Shown here: positions 55,150 through 63,680 of the stretch, one piece after another
How positions within the stretch are numbered: position 1 is the stretch's first letter
Layout: every line of letters starts with the position of its first letter
Assembly (NCBI GenBank): GCA_028277795.1
Contig: JANQFP010000028.1
Span: 1,273-65,272 of the forward strand
Origin: Rhodospirillales bacterium
Lineage (GTDB): Bacteria > Pseudomonadota > Alphaproteobacteria > Rhodospirillales > JANQFP01
Direction: 5' to 3'
Length of the DNA: 64,000 bases
Program-made: the position numbers and the translations under genes
The notes under the pieces: model-generated
What the model was told of the DNA's origin: nothing
The model's database searches: none
Seen by the model: only the letters and a program-made list of their open reading frames with translations

Positions 55150-56241
55150 GTGTACGTGGCCGTCAAGGGGGGCGAAAAGGCCATCGCGGCCGCCCACCGC
55201 CTGCTCGCCGAACGGCGGCGCGGCGACCGGGCCCATCCCGGCATCACGCTCAAGCAGATCGCCGAACAGCTCTCCCTGGCCGTGGACCGGGTGATGAGCG
55301 AGGGCTCGCTCTACGACCGGGAGCTGGCGGCGCTGGCGGTCAAGCAGGCGCGTGGCGATCTGGTGGAGGCCATCTTCCTGCTCCGCGCCTTCCGCACCAC
55401 CTTGCCCCGGTTCGGTGTCACCGAGCCCCTGGACACCGGCGCCATGCGCATCAGCCGCCGCATCTCGGCCACCTACAAGGACCTGCCGGGCAGCCAGGTT
55501 CTGGGTCCGACCTTCGACTACACCCACCGGCTGCTCGACTTCGAGCTGGCGGAGGAGGGCGACCCCAACTCCGTATCGGCGGCCGGCGATCCTGGCGACG
55601 TCGATGAGCGCGTCCCGCGCGTGGTCGAGCTCCTCGACCACGAGGGCCTGATCGAGAAGGAGGAGCCCGACGACCCCGACCGCCCTGTCGGCGACTTGAC
55701 CCGCGAGCCGCTCGGCTTCCCCGCCGACCGCGACGTGCGGCTGCAGAACCTGGCCCGTGGCGACGAGGGGTTCCTGCTGGCGCTCGGCTACTCCACGCAG
55801 CGGGGGTTCGGCTCGACCCATCCGTTCGCCGGCGAGATCCGCATGGGCCAGGTGTCGGTAGAGCTGGTGCCCGAGGAGCTGGGCTTCGCCGTCGACATCG
55901 GCGACCTGACGGTGACCGAGTGCGAGATGATCAACCAGTTCAAGGGATCGGCCACCGAGCCGCCCCAGTTCACCCGCGGCTACGGCCTCACCTTCGGCGA
56001 GGGCGAACGCAAGGCCATGGCCATGGCCCTCGTCGACCGGGCCTTGCGGTGCCGCGAACTGGGCGAGGAGCCGTCGTCGCCGGCCCAGGACGAGGAGTTC
56101 GTGCTCTACCACACCGACAACGTGGAGGCTTCGGGGTTCGTCCAGCACCTCAAGCTGCCTCATTACGTGGACTTCCAGGGCGAACTTGTGACGGTGCGCG
56201 AACTGCGGGCCGAGGCCCGCCAACGCAAGACGGGAACCTGA
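55150..56241 (+). CDS. phnI: C-P lyase core complex subunit PhnI
   Basis: (M)YVAVKGGEKAIAAAHRLLAERRRGD…LAVDRVMSEGSLYDRELAALAVKQARGD… It has a GTG start at 55150. Confidence 0.9.
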   Translation: MYVAVKGGEKAIAAAHRLLAERRRGDRAHPGITLKQIAEQLSLAVDRVMSEGSLYDRELAALAVKQARGDLVEAIFLLRAFRTTLPRFGVTEPLDTGAMRISRRISATYKDLPGSQVLGPTFDYTHRLLDFELAEEGDPNSVSAAGDPGDVDERVPRVVELLDHEGLIEKEEPDDPDRPVGDLTREPLGFPADRDVRLQNLARGDEGFLLALGYSTQRGFGSTHPFAGEIRMGQVSVELVPEELGFAVDIGDLTVTECEMINQFKGSATEPPQFTRGYGLTFGEGERKAMAMALVDRALRCRELGEEPSSPAQDEEFVLYHTDNVEASGFVQHLKLPHYVDFQGELVTVRELRAEARQRKTGT

Positions 56242-56243
56242 CC

Positions 56244-57122
56244 GTGCGCGGCTACAACTTCGCCTACCTGGACGAGCAGACGAAGCGCATGATCCGCCGC
56301 GCCATCCTCAAGGCGGTGGCGGTGCCCGGCTACCAGGTGCCCTTCGGCAGCCGCGAGATGCCGCTGCCCTTCGGCTGGGGCACCGGCGGCATCCAGGTGA
56401 CGGCCAGCATCATCGGCGCCGACGATGTGCTCAAGGTCATCGACCAAGGGGCCGACGACACCACCAACGCCGTCAGCATCCGGCGATTCTTCGCCCTCAC
56501 CACGGGGGTGAGGACCACGGAGGAAACGGCCGAGGCCTCGATCATCCAGACCCGGCACCGCATCCCCGAGAAGCCCCTGACCGCGGACCAGATCCTCGTC
56601 TACCAGGTGCCCATCCCGGAGCCCTTGCGCTGGCTCGAGGCGCGGGAGACGGAGACACGGAAGATGCACGCCCTGGCCGAGTACGGGGTGATGCACGTCA
56701 AGCTGTACGAGGACATCGCCACCCACGGCCGCATCGCCACGTCCTACAACTACCCGGTCCTGGTCAACGAGCGCCACGTGATGGCGCCGTCGCCCATCCC
56801 CAAGTTCGACAACCCCAAGATGGACCACATGCCGGCCCTGCAGCTGTTCGGCGCCGGGCGCGAAAAGCGCATCTACGCCGTGCCGCCGTACACCGACGTC
56901 AAGAGCCTCGACTTCGAGGACTACCCGTTCGAGAAGCAGACCTGGGAGCACGCCTGTGCCCTGTGCGGGTCCCGCGACAGCTACCTGGACGAGGTGGTGA
57001 CCGACGACCGCGGCGGGCGCATGTTCGTGTGCTCGGACACCGACTACTGCGCCGAGCGCCGTGACGCCGGGCACGTGGGCACCGGGGCGCCGGTCACCTA
57101 CGGGGCGGACGCGGCGGAGTAG
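56244..57122 (+). CDS. phnJ: Radical-SAM C-P lyase catalytic subunit PhnJ
   Basis: …GYNFAYLDEQTKRMIRRAILKAVAVPGYQVPFGSREMPLPFGWGTGGIQVTASIIG…VIDQGADDTTNAVSIRRFF… and the C-terminal Cys cluster CALCGS…FVCSDTDYC. It has a GTG start at 56244. Confidence 0.95.
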   Translation: MRGYNFAYLDEQTKRMIRRAILKAVAVPGYQVPFGSREMPLPFGWGTGGIQVTASIIGADDVLKVIDQGADDTTNAVSIRRFFALTTGVRTTEETAEASIIQTRHRIPEKPLTADQILVYQVPIPEPLRWLEARETETRKMHALAEYGVMHVKLYEDIATHGRIATSYNYPVLVNERHVMAPSPIPKFDNPKMDHMPALQLFGAGREKRIYAVPPYTDVKSLDFEDYPFEKQTWEHACALCGSRDSYLDEVVTDDRGGRMFVCSDTDYCAERRDAGHVGTGAPVTYGADAAE

Positions 57123-57131
57123 GGGGCGCCG

Positions 57132-57914
57132 ATGAGCGAACATCCCCAGACCCTGCTCACCGTCACCGGCCTGACCAGGCATTTCGGCCGGGTGGTCGGG
57201 TGCGAGGACGTCGGCTTCGATCTTTGGCCCGGCGAGGTTTTGGGGGTGGTCGGGGAGTCCGGGTCGGGAAAGACCACACTGCTCAACTGCCTGTCGGGAA
57301 TCCTGGAGCCCACCGCCGGCACCGTCTCCTACACCGACCGCACGGGCCAGGTGCAAGACCTCTATGCCATTTCCGAGCCGCGCCGGCGCTTCCTGATGCG
57401 CACCGACTGGGGCATGGTGCACCAGAACCCCCGCGACGGCGTGCGCATGCGGGTGAGCGCCGGGGCCAACATCGGCGAGCGCCTGATGGCCGTGGGCGCG
57501 CGCCGCTACGGCGACATCCGGGCCGAGGCCGGCGCCTGGATGGAGCGGGTGGAGATGGACCTGGACCGCATGGACGACATGCCGCGGACCTTCTCCGGCG
57601 GCATGCTTCAACGGCTCCAGATCGCCCGCAACCTGGTCTCCAAGCCGCGGCTGGTGTTCATGGACGAGCCCACCGGCGGCCTCGACGTGTCGGTCCAGGC
57701 GCGGCTGCTCGACCTGCTGCGCCGCCTGGTGACCGACCTCGGCCTGGCGGCGGTGGTGGTCACCCACGACCTGGCCGTGGTGCGGCTGCTGGCCCACCGG
57801 CTGGCCGTCATGCGGCGCGGCCGAGTGGTGGAGACCGGGTTGACCGACCAGGTGCTGGACGACCCCCAGCACCCCTACACACAATTGCTTGTCTCGTCAG
57901 TGCTGCAGACGTGA
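57132..57914 (+). CDS. phnK: C-P lyase-associated ABC-type ATPase PhnK
   Basis: …[16 protein letters not shown]…, …[15 protein letters not shown]…, …[15 protein letters not shown]…. Confidence 0.9.
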   Translation: MSEHPQTLLTVTGLTRHFGRVVGCEDVGFDLWPGEVLGVVGESGSGKTTLLNCLSGILEPTAGTVSYTDRTGQVQDLYAISEPRRRFLMRTDWGMVHQNPRDGVRMRVSAGANIGERLMAVGARRYGDIRAEAGAWMERVEMDLDRMDDMPRTFSGGMLQRLQIARNLVSKPRLVFMDEPTGGLDVSVQARLLDLLRRLVTDLGLAAVVVTHDLAVVRLLAHRLAVMRRGRVVETGLTDQVLDDPQHPYTQLLVSSVLQT

Positions 57915-57924
57915 GATCCTGACC

Positions 57925-58629
57925 ATGGCATCGGACCCCTTGATCGAGGTGCGCGGGCTGGTCAAGTCCTTCACCCTCCACACCCAGGGCGGGGTGGTGC
58001 TGCCGGTCCTCGACGGCGTCGACCTGTCGGTCGAGGGAGGCGAGTGCGTGGTCCTAGACGGCCCCTCGGGCAGCGGCAAGAGCACCCTGCTCCGGTCGCT
58101 CTATGCCAACTACAAGCCGCAGGGGGGCAGCATCCGGGTGCGGCACCGCGGCACGGTGGTCGATCTGGTGTCGGCGTCGCCGCACCGAGTCCTCGACGTG
58201 CGCAAGCACACCATCGGCTACGTCAGCCAGTTCCTGCGCGCCATTCCCCGGGTGCCGGCACTGGACGTGGTGGCCGAGCCGTTGCGCATGCTCGGGGTGC
58301 CGGCCGAGGCGGCGGCGGCCAAGGCCGCGGCGCTGCTCGATCGCCTGCGCGTCCCCGAACCCATGCGGAGCCTGGCCCCGGCGACTTTCTCCGGTGGCGA
58401 ACAGCAACGGGTCAACATCGCCCGCAGCTTCGTCGTCGACTACCCGATCCTGTTGCTGGACGAGCCGACGGCCGCCCTGGACGCGGAGAACCGGGCCACG
58501 GTGGTGCAGATCATCCGCGAGGCCATCGCGCGGGGCGCGGCCGTGGTCGGCATCTTCCACGACGCCGAGGTGCGGGACTCCGTCGGCGACCGCATCTATC
58601 GGCTCACAGGATATACGGCCGCGGCATGA
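57925..58629 (+). CDS. phnL: C-P lyase-associated ABC-type ATPase PhnL
   Basis: …[18 protein letters not shown]…, …[36 protein letters not shown]…AAVVGIFHD… is near-identical in pattern to E. coli PhnL. I prefer ATG at 57925. Confidence 0.9.
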   Translation: MASDPLIEVRGLVKSFTLHTQGGVVLPVLDGVDLSVEGGECVVLDGPSGSGKSTLLRSLYANYKPQGGSIRVRHRGTVVDLVSASPHRVLDVRKHTIGYVSQFLRAIPRVPALDVVAEPLRMLGVPAEAAAAKAAALLDRLRVPEPMRSLAPATFSGGEQQRVNIARSFVVDYPILLLDEPTAALDAENRATVVQIIREAIARGAAVVGIFHDAEVRDSVGDRIYRLTGYTAAA

Positions 58630-59459
58630 CCGACCTCACCGTCGTCACCCTCAACACCTGGAAGGGCGAGGGCGCCTACGAGGCCCGCCTGCGGGCGATG
58701 GCCGAGGGCCTGGCCGCCCTGCAGCCGGACCTAGTGCTCCTGCAGGAGGTGTTCGCCGCCCCCGACCTGGGGCTCCATACGGGGACGGCCCTGGCCGGTC
58801 ACCTGGGCCTGGCCCACGTGTTCGCGCCGGCCCGCCGCAAGCCGCGGTCCTTTGCCGGGCGCCCCGTGGACAGCTGGTCCGGTCTGTCCGTGCTCTGGCG
58901 CGGCGGCATCTCCCGATCCGAGGTCGTCGACCTGCCGGCCGATGCCGCCGACGGCGAGCGCATCGCCCAGGTGGTCACCCTCGACACCGCCGATGGCCGG
59001 CTTCTGGCGGTCAACGCCCATCTCACCCATCTCGCCGGGGCCGACGCCCTGCGGCGGCAGCAACTGGAAACCATCCTGGCGCACGTGGAGCCGCGCATGG
59101 GCGACGCGGCGGTGGTCCTCGGCGGCGACTTCAACGCCGGACCGGGCAGCCCGCCGCTGCGATGGCTGGCCGAGCGGCCCGGTCTGTCGGTAACTCGCGC
59201 CGGCCCGGTGGTGCCGACCCTGGCCGGATCGCACCGCTGCATCGACTACCTGTTTCTCGTCCAGGCCGATGGCCGTCCCCGCTACCGGGCGCATTCGGGC
59301 CGGCGGGTCCTGTCGCAGCCGGACGCGGCAGGCGTCCTGGCCAGCGACCACTGCGGCGTCTGCGCCCGCCTGGCGCCAGCCGATGCCGCCGCCGAACGCC
59401 ATGTCCGGACGCGCCGGGAGCCCGGCGCCGGGACCGTGACCGATGCCCTCGTCACCTAG
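58626..59459 (+). CDS. Endonuclease/exonuclease/phosphatase (EEP)-family protein embedded in the phn operon
   Basis: [18 protein letters not shown]…[10 protein letters not shown]…AVNAHLTH…VVLGGDFNA…IDYLF…ASDHCGV shows the EEP catalytic motif order. Its ATG overlaps the phnL stop (ATGA), and its 3' end overlaps the phnM start. Confidence 0.75.
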   Translation: MTDLTVVTLNTWKGEGAYEARLRAMAEGLAALQPDLVLLQEVFAAPDLGLHTGTALAGHLGLAHVFAPARRKPRSFAGRPVDSWSGLSVLWRGGISRSEVVDLPADAADGERIAQVVTLDTADGRLLAVNAHLTHLAGADALRRQQLETILAHVEPRMGDAAVVLGGDFNAGPGSPPLRWLAERPGLSVTRAGPVVPTLAGSHRCIDYLFLVQADGRPRYRAHSGRRVLSQPDAAGVLASDHCGVCARLAPADAAAERHVRTRREPGAGTVTDALVT

Positions 59460-60609
59460 CCGCACCTACTTGACCCGTGCCCGGGTGGTCCTGCCCGATC
59501 GGATCCTGGAGGACTCCGCGGTTCTGCTAGAGGACGGCGTCATCGCCGCCGTGGAGCCCGACGGCGCCGGGGGTGCGGACGAGATCGACCTCTCGGGGCA
59601 GATCCTCATGCCCGGTCTGGTCGACCTCCATTGCGACGCCCTGGAAAAGGAGGTGGAGCCGCGCCCCAACGTGCTGTTCCCCCTGGACTTCGCCGTCGCC
59701 CAGGCCGACAAGCGCAACGCCGCGGCCGGCATCACCACCGTCCACCACGCCCTGTCCTTCGCCGCCGAGGAGCTGGGCGTGCGCAACAACGCCCTGGCCG
59801 CCGACGTGGTGCGCAGCATCCACGACCACGCGCCCCGCGCCCTGGTCGACAACAGGGTGCACTGCCGCTACGAGATCACCGACGAGAGCGCCCTGCCGGT
59901 CCTGCTGGAGCTTCTGGACGCCCGGTCCGCGCACCTGGTCTCGGTGATGGACCACACGCCGGGGCAGGGGCAGTTCCTGGACGTGATCACCTACCGGGAT
60001 TTCCTCACCCGCACCTACGCCAAGAGCGAAGAGGAGGCCGAGGCCCTGATCCGCCGCAAGGTCAACGGCGCCAGGGGGGCCTTCGACCGGATGACGGCCC
60101 TGGTGGCCAAGGCGCGCGAGAACGCCATCCAGGTGGCCAGCCACGACGACGACAGCCCGCAACGGGTCGACGTCATGCACCGCCGCCTGGGGATCACCAT
60201 CTCCGAGTTCCCGGTCAGCCTGGACACCGCCCGGGCGGCCCGCGAGCACGGACTCGCCACCGTGTTCGGCGCTCCCAACGTGCTGCGCGGCCGCAGCCAG
60301 ATCGGGTCCATGCGGGCCGCGGACGCGGTGCAGGCGGGTGTCGCCAGCTGCCTGTGCGCCGACTACGCCCCGGCGACGCTGCTGGCCGCCGTGTTCCGGC
60401 TGACCGAAACGGCCGACATCGCGCTCCCGAACGCGGTGCGCCTGGCCACCCTCAACCCCGCCCTTGCGGCCGGCCTCGACGACCGCGGCGAGGTCGCCGC
60501 CGGCAAGCGGGCCGATCTGCTGGCGGTGAGCGAGCACGCCGGGCTGCCGCAAGTCACCCGGCTGTGGCGCGGCGGCCGGACCCGCTACCTGGCGGATCAC
60601 GGGGTTTGA
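59443..60609 (+). CDS. phnM: PhnM (ribosyl-methylphosphonate-triphosphate diphosphatase family), paralogue 3 in the canonical post-phnL position
   Basis: …ILMPGLVDLHCDALEKE…SVMDHTPGQGQF…VASHDDDSPQRV…ISEFPVS…GAPNVLRGRSQ…CADYAP…GKRADLLAV…. Confidence 0.85.
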   Translation: MPSSPSRTYLTRARVVLPDRILEDSAVLLEDGVIAAVEPDGAGGADEIDLSGQILMPGLVDLHCDALEKEVEPRPNVLFPLDFAVAQADKRNAAAGITTVHHALSFAAEELGVRNNALAADVVRSIHDHAPRALVDNRVHCRYEITDESALPVLLELLDARSAHLVSVMDHTPGQGQFLDVITYRDFLTRTYAKSEEEAEALIRRKVNGARGAFDRMTALVAKARENAIQVASHDDDSPQRVDVMHRRLGITISEFPVSLDTARAAREHGLATVFGAPNVLRGRSQIGSMRAADAVQAGVASCLCADYAPATLLAAVFRLTETADIALPNAVRLATLNPALAAGLDDRGEVAAGKRADLLAVSEHAGLPQVTRLWRGGRTRYLADHGV

Positions 60610-60694
60610 CACCGTCGCACCCCATACGTCGATGACGTCTTGGCACCGGCGCCCCAAGCCCCCACGTCAGGACATGCGGCCCAGGAGGGCTCCC

Positions 60695-61654
60695 ATGTCC
60701 ATGATCCATCGAGTCATCGGCGTGCTGCTGGTGGTCTTGGCGTGGCCGGCGGCGGCCGAGGTGCGCATCGAGAGCTTTCCGGTGCCGGACGGCGCCCACC
60801 CGCACGACGTGGCGCCGGCGCCGGACGGGACGGTGTGGTACACGGCGCAGCACCAGGAGGCGCTGGGCCGTCTCGACCCCAGGACCGGAAAGACCCTCCA
60901 CGTGCCGCTGGGCGAAGGGTCGCGGCCGCACGGGGTGATCGTCGGGCCGGACGGCCTCGCCTGGGTCACCGACGGCGGCCTCAACGCCATGGTCTCGGTC
61001 CATCCCGACACCCTGGCCGTCACCCGCTATCCGCTGCCCGACGGCACCGGCTACGCCAACCTCAACACGGCCACCTTCGATGGCGGCGGCACGCTCTGGT
61101 TCACGGGGCAAAGCGGCATCTACGGCTCCCTCGACCCGAAGAGCGGGGAGATGCGCGTCTACACGGCGCCCCGCGGCTACGGCCCCTATGGCATCCACCG
61201 CACCCCCGACGGCGAGGTCTGGTATTCGTCGCTGGCCGGCAGCTACATCGGACGCATCGACAGCCGAACCGGGATGGTTCAGGTCTTCGATCCGCCGACG
61301 GACGGCGCCGGGGCCCGCCGCGTGTGGTCGGACTCTCGCGGCGTGCTCTGGATCAGCGAATGGAACTCCGGCAAGCTGGCCCGCTACGACCCCGAGGCCG
61401 GCACGTGGCGGGAATGGCCGCTGCCCGGCGACGATCCCCGCACCTACGCGGTGTACGTGGACGAGACGGACCGGGTCTGGGTGAGCGACTTCGGCGCCAA
61501 CGCCATCCTGCGGTTCGATCCCGACCGCGAGACCTTCGAGTCGTTCCCGATCCCGCGCCCCGGCGCTGCCGTGCGTCAGATGCTGGGCCGGAAGGGCGAG
61601 GTCTGGACCGCCGAGTCCGGCACCGACCGGCTGACGGTCTACCGGTTCGATTGA
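60695..61654 (+). CDS. Exported seven-bladed beta-propeller protein, virginiamycin B lyase (Vgb)-like
   Basis: The signal peptide is MSMIHRVIGVLLVVLAWPAAA. The blades are marked by PDGTVWYT, PDGLAWVT, GGTLWFT, PDGEVWYS, RGVLWIS, TDRVWVS, KGEVWTA. ATG at 60695 has AGGAGGG upstream. Confidence 0.65.
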   Translation: MSMIHRVIGVLLVVLAWPAAAEVRIESFPVPDGAHPHDVAPAPDGTVWYTAQHQEALGRLDPRTGKTLHVPLGEGSRPHGVIVGPDGLAWVTDGGLNAMVSVHPDTLAVTRYPLPDGTGYANLNTATFDGGGTLWFTGQSGIYGSLDPKSGEMRVYTAPRGYGPYGIHRTPDGEVWYSSLAGSYIGRIDSRTGMVQVFDPPTDGAGARRVWSDSRGVLWISEWNSGKLARYDPEAGTWREWPLPGDDPRTYAVYVDETDRVWVSDFGANAILRFDPDRETFESFPIPRPGAAVRQMLGRKGEVWTAESGTDRLTVYRFD

Positions 61655-61666
61655 GCGCTTGCCCGC

Positions 61667-61990
61667 TCAGGCCAGACCGAGAAACACCAGGATCGCCCGG
61701 TTCAGGCGCACCACGTCGGCGTCGTCCAGGCGGCCGATCCGGTCTCCGATCCGGTCCTTGGACACCGTGGTGAGCTTGTCCACCATCAGCCGGGAGACGG
61801 CCCGCAAGCAGTTGCCCTCGCTGGGAGTCACGGGAAGGCGGAACAGGGGCGCCTCCGTTTCGTCGGCGGTGAACACGCAGACCGTGACGGATGCGTTGGC
61901 GTCGAAGCGGTCGCCCTGAACGATGACGGCGGGACGCGGCTCGCCGGCGGAGCCGGGGCCCGAGACCGTCCACACCTCGCCCCGCCTCAT
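61667..61990 (-). CDS. Type II toxin, PemK/MazF family
   Basis: MRRGEVWTVSGPG…PRPAVIVQGDRF…VTVCVFT…VSRLMVDKLTTV…. The ATG overlaps the antitoxin stop. Confidence 0.8.
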   Translation of the reverse strand: MRRGEVWTVSGPGSAGEPRPAVIVQGDRFDANASVTVCVFTADETEAPLFRLPVTPSEGNCLRAVSRLMVDKLTTVSKDRIGDRIGRLDDADVVRLNRAILVFLGLA

Positions 61991-62214
61991 GCCGGATCGG
62001 GGTCCGTGATCCCGTCGATGAAGGCCTGATCCTCCTGCTCCCGCGGGCTCTTGGCCACGGCGAGGGACTGGCGGTGGGCCTCCTTGGCGAAGTTGGCCGT
62101 GCGGGTGTCCGGGACCCAGACCTGGACCGGCCTGAGCCCCCGCGCACGCATGCGTTCCCGGTAGCTGCGCACCTTGTCGCGTGAACTCCGCTTGCTGTTC
62201 GCCGTCGTGGGCAT
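61987..62214 (-). CDS. Antitoxin, MazE-like (DUF3018-type)
   Basis: …VRSYRERMRARGLRPVQVWVPDTRTANFAKEAHRQS… It lies upstream of, and overlaps, the toxin gene. Confidence 0.75.
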   Translation of the reverse strand: MPTTANSKRSSRDKVRSYRERMRARGLRPVQVWVPDTRTANFAKEAHRQSLAVAKSPREQEDQAFIDGITDPDPA

Positions 62215-62231
62215 GGCCGGCCTCCCGCCTC

Positions 62232-62245
62232 GGTTACATGTAACC
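62232..62245. promoter_or_regulatory. Candidate toxin-antitoxin autoregulatory operator
   Basis: A perfect 14-bp palindrome GGTTACATGTAACC lies just upstream of the antitoxin SD (GGAGG) and ATG. Confidence 0.5.
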
Positions 62246-62392
62246 TATCCGGATCGGGTAAACGGCGCAAGGTCTGGGGTCGTATGCCGTTGCCGGCGCC
62301 AGTCCACCTGAGGGGGGCGGAGAATGCGGGAGAGAGGTCCAACCAGCCTGGTCGAGGACCGGGTCGATTGCTTGCGTCATTGGGGCCGAGGA

Positions 62393-63412
62393 TCAGGGCT
62401 CGACGGTGAGCGCCTCGTGCGCCGGCACGTCGCCAGCGCCGGTTTTCGTTGCACCACCGAACACGTATATTCGGCCTTCAATCGCTGCTGCAGCCAACCC
62501 GTGTCGGGGGACGTTCAGGTCGGGCATGGCGTCCCACTCATCCGTGGCAGGATCGTAGACCCACCCTTCGGCGAAGACCTTCCGCGTCGGGCTCCACTGC
62601 TCGCCGCCAACGACGTAGAGCTTGCCTCCGACTGCGGCTGCCGCGAGCCCGCCAGCGGCCTGCGGCATCGGTGCCTTCACCGACCAGAGACCGGTCTCGG
62701 GATCGAAAGCTTCGAGGGAGGCCACGTTCACGTTGACGGCCGTGCCGTCCGGCTGTCCGAGGTATTGGCGACCCCCCACGACGTAAATCCTACCATCGAT
62801 CACCGCGCTTGCGGCACTGTTTCGGGCAGTGGGCGCGTCCACCCCTCGCGACCAAATCCCGGTTTCGGGATCGAAGACATCCACCCGGCCCGTATCGCGA
62901 TGTTCCTTGTAGGTCGCCGCGGATACCGTCCCGCCGACACGTCCGCCGATCACGTAGATCCGTCCATCCACGACCGCGGAGACATGCTCGCCCCGCGCCA
63001 CGGGCAGATCGGAAAGAGCGCTCCATTGCGCGGTCTCGAAGTCGTAGGAATAGACCGAGGCTTCGGGCTTCCAGTTGGGAAAAGCGCCTGAAAATCCGCC
63101 CACCGCGTAAATCAGACCGTCAAGAGTCGACAGCGTGACGTGGTGACGTGGCGCGGGGAGGTTCGCCAGCTCCTGCCAACTGTCGGTCTGCGGATCATAA
63201 GCCAGAAAATCGTCCCGGACTGCGGAAGCACGTTCAGCAAGCCCGCCCGCCGTGAAGACCATCCCATCATGGGTCGTGGCATAGATTTCCTGACGTGGCG
63301 ACGGCAGGGGCGCTGCGTCCGACCAGCCCGATTGTGCATGCGCTGCGCCGCCAACAAGCAAAGCGCCTGTCACGCAAAGGACATTTAAGGGGTAGGTCAA
63401 AGACTGTCGCAT
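62393..63412 (-). CDS. Exported Kelch-repeat beta-propeller protein
   Basis: MRQSLTYPLNVLCVTGALLVGGAAHA is the signal peptide. Six blades are marked by DGMVFTAGG, DGLIYAVGG, DGRIYVIGG, DGRIYVVGG, GGKLYVVGG, EGRIYVFGG. I prefer ATG at 63412 over the listed 63568. Confidence 0.75.
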   Translation of the reverse strand: MRQSLTYPLNVLCVTGALLVGGAAHAQSGWSDAAPLPSPRQEIYATTHDGMVFTAGGLAERASAVRDDFLAYDPQTDSWQELANLPAPRHHVTLSTLDGLIYAVGGFSGAFPNWKPEASVYSYDFETAQWSALSDLPVARGEHVSAVVDGRIYVIGGRVGGTVSAATYKEHRDTGRVDVFDPETGIWSRGVDAPTARNSAASAVIDGRIYVVGGRQYLGQPDGTAVNVNVASLEAFDPETGLWSVKAPMPQAAGGLAAAAVGGKLYVVGGEQWSPTRKVFAEGWVYDPATDEWDAMPDLNVPRHGLAAAAIEGRIYVFGGATKTGAGDVPAHEALTVEP

Positions 63413-63680
63413 GTGCTTTGCCCTCCTTCGGTTGGAGCACGCGGACTCCATCGGGTTGTGGTGGTTTTGCCATTGCCTGAGTACCGGCACGTCGGTGGTG
63501 AACGGGGTGACACCCAGAGCCTTCCCGCGCGCAGTGCAGGCGGGCGCCGAACTGCATTTCGGATGCACAGTACTTGAGGCATGTCCCGTTATTCCGCTAT
63601 AGGAAATTGTGGAAAGTCATCATCCGATTATCGAATGACGCGATCGGTGCCGGGCCGCTGGACGCCGGCCGGAGAGGGGC

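Noticed and set aside
62324-63091. 255-aa + strand ORF
   Set aside because: It is antisense to the Kelch-repeat gene, whose six regular blade motifs make the minus-strand frame the real one.
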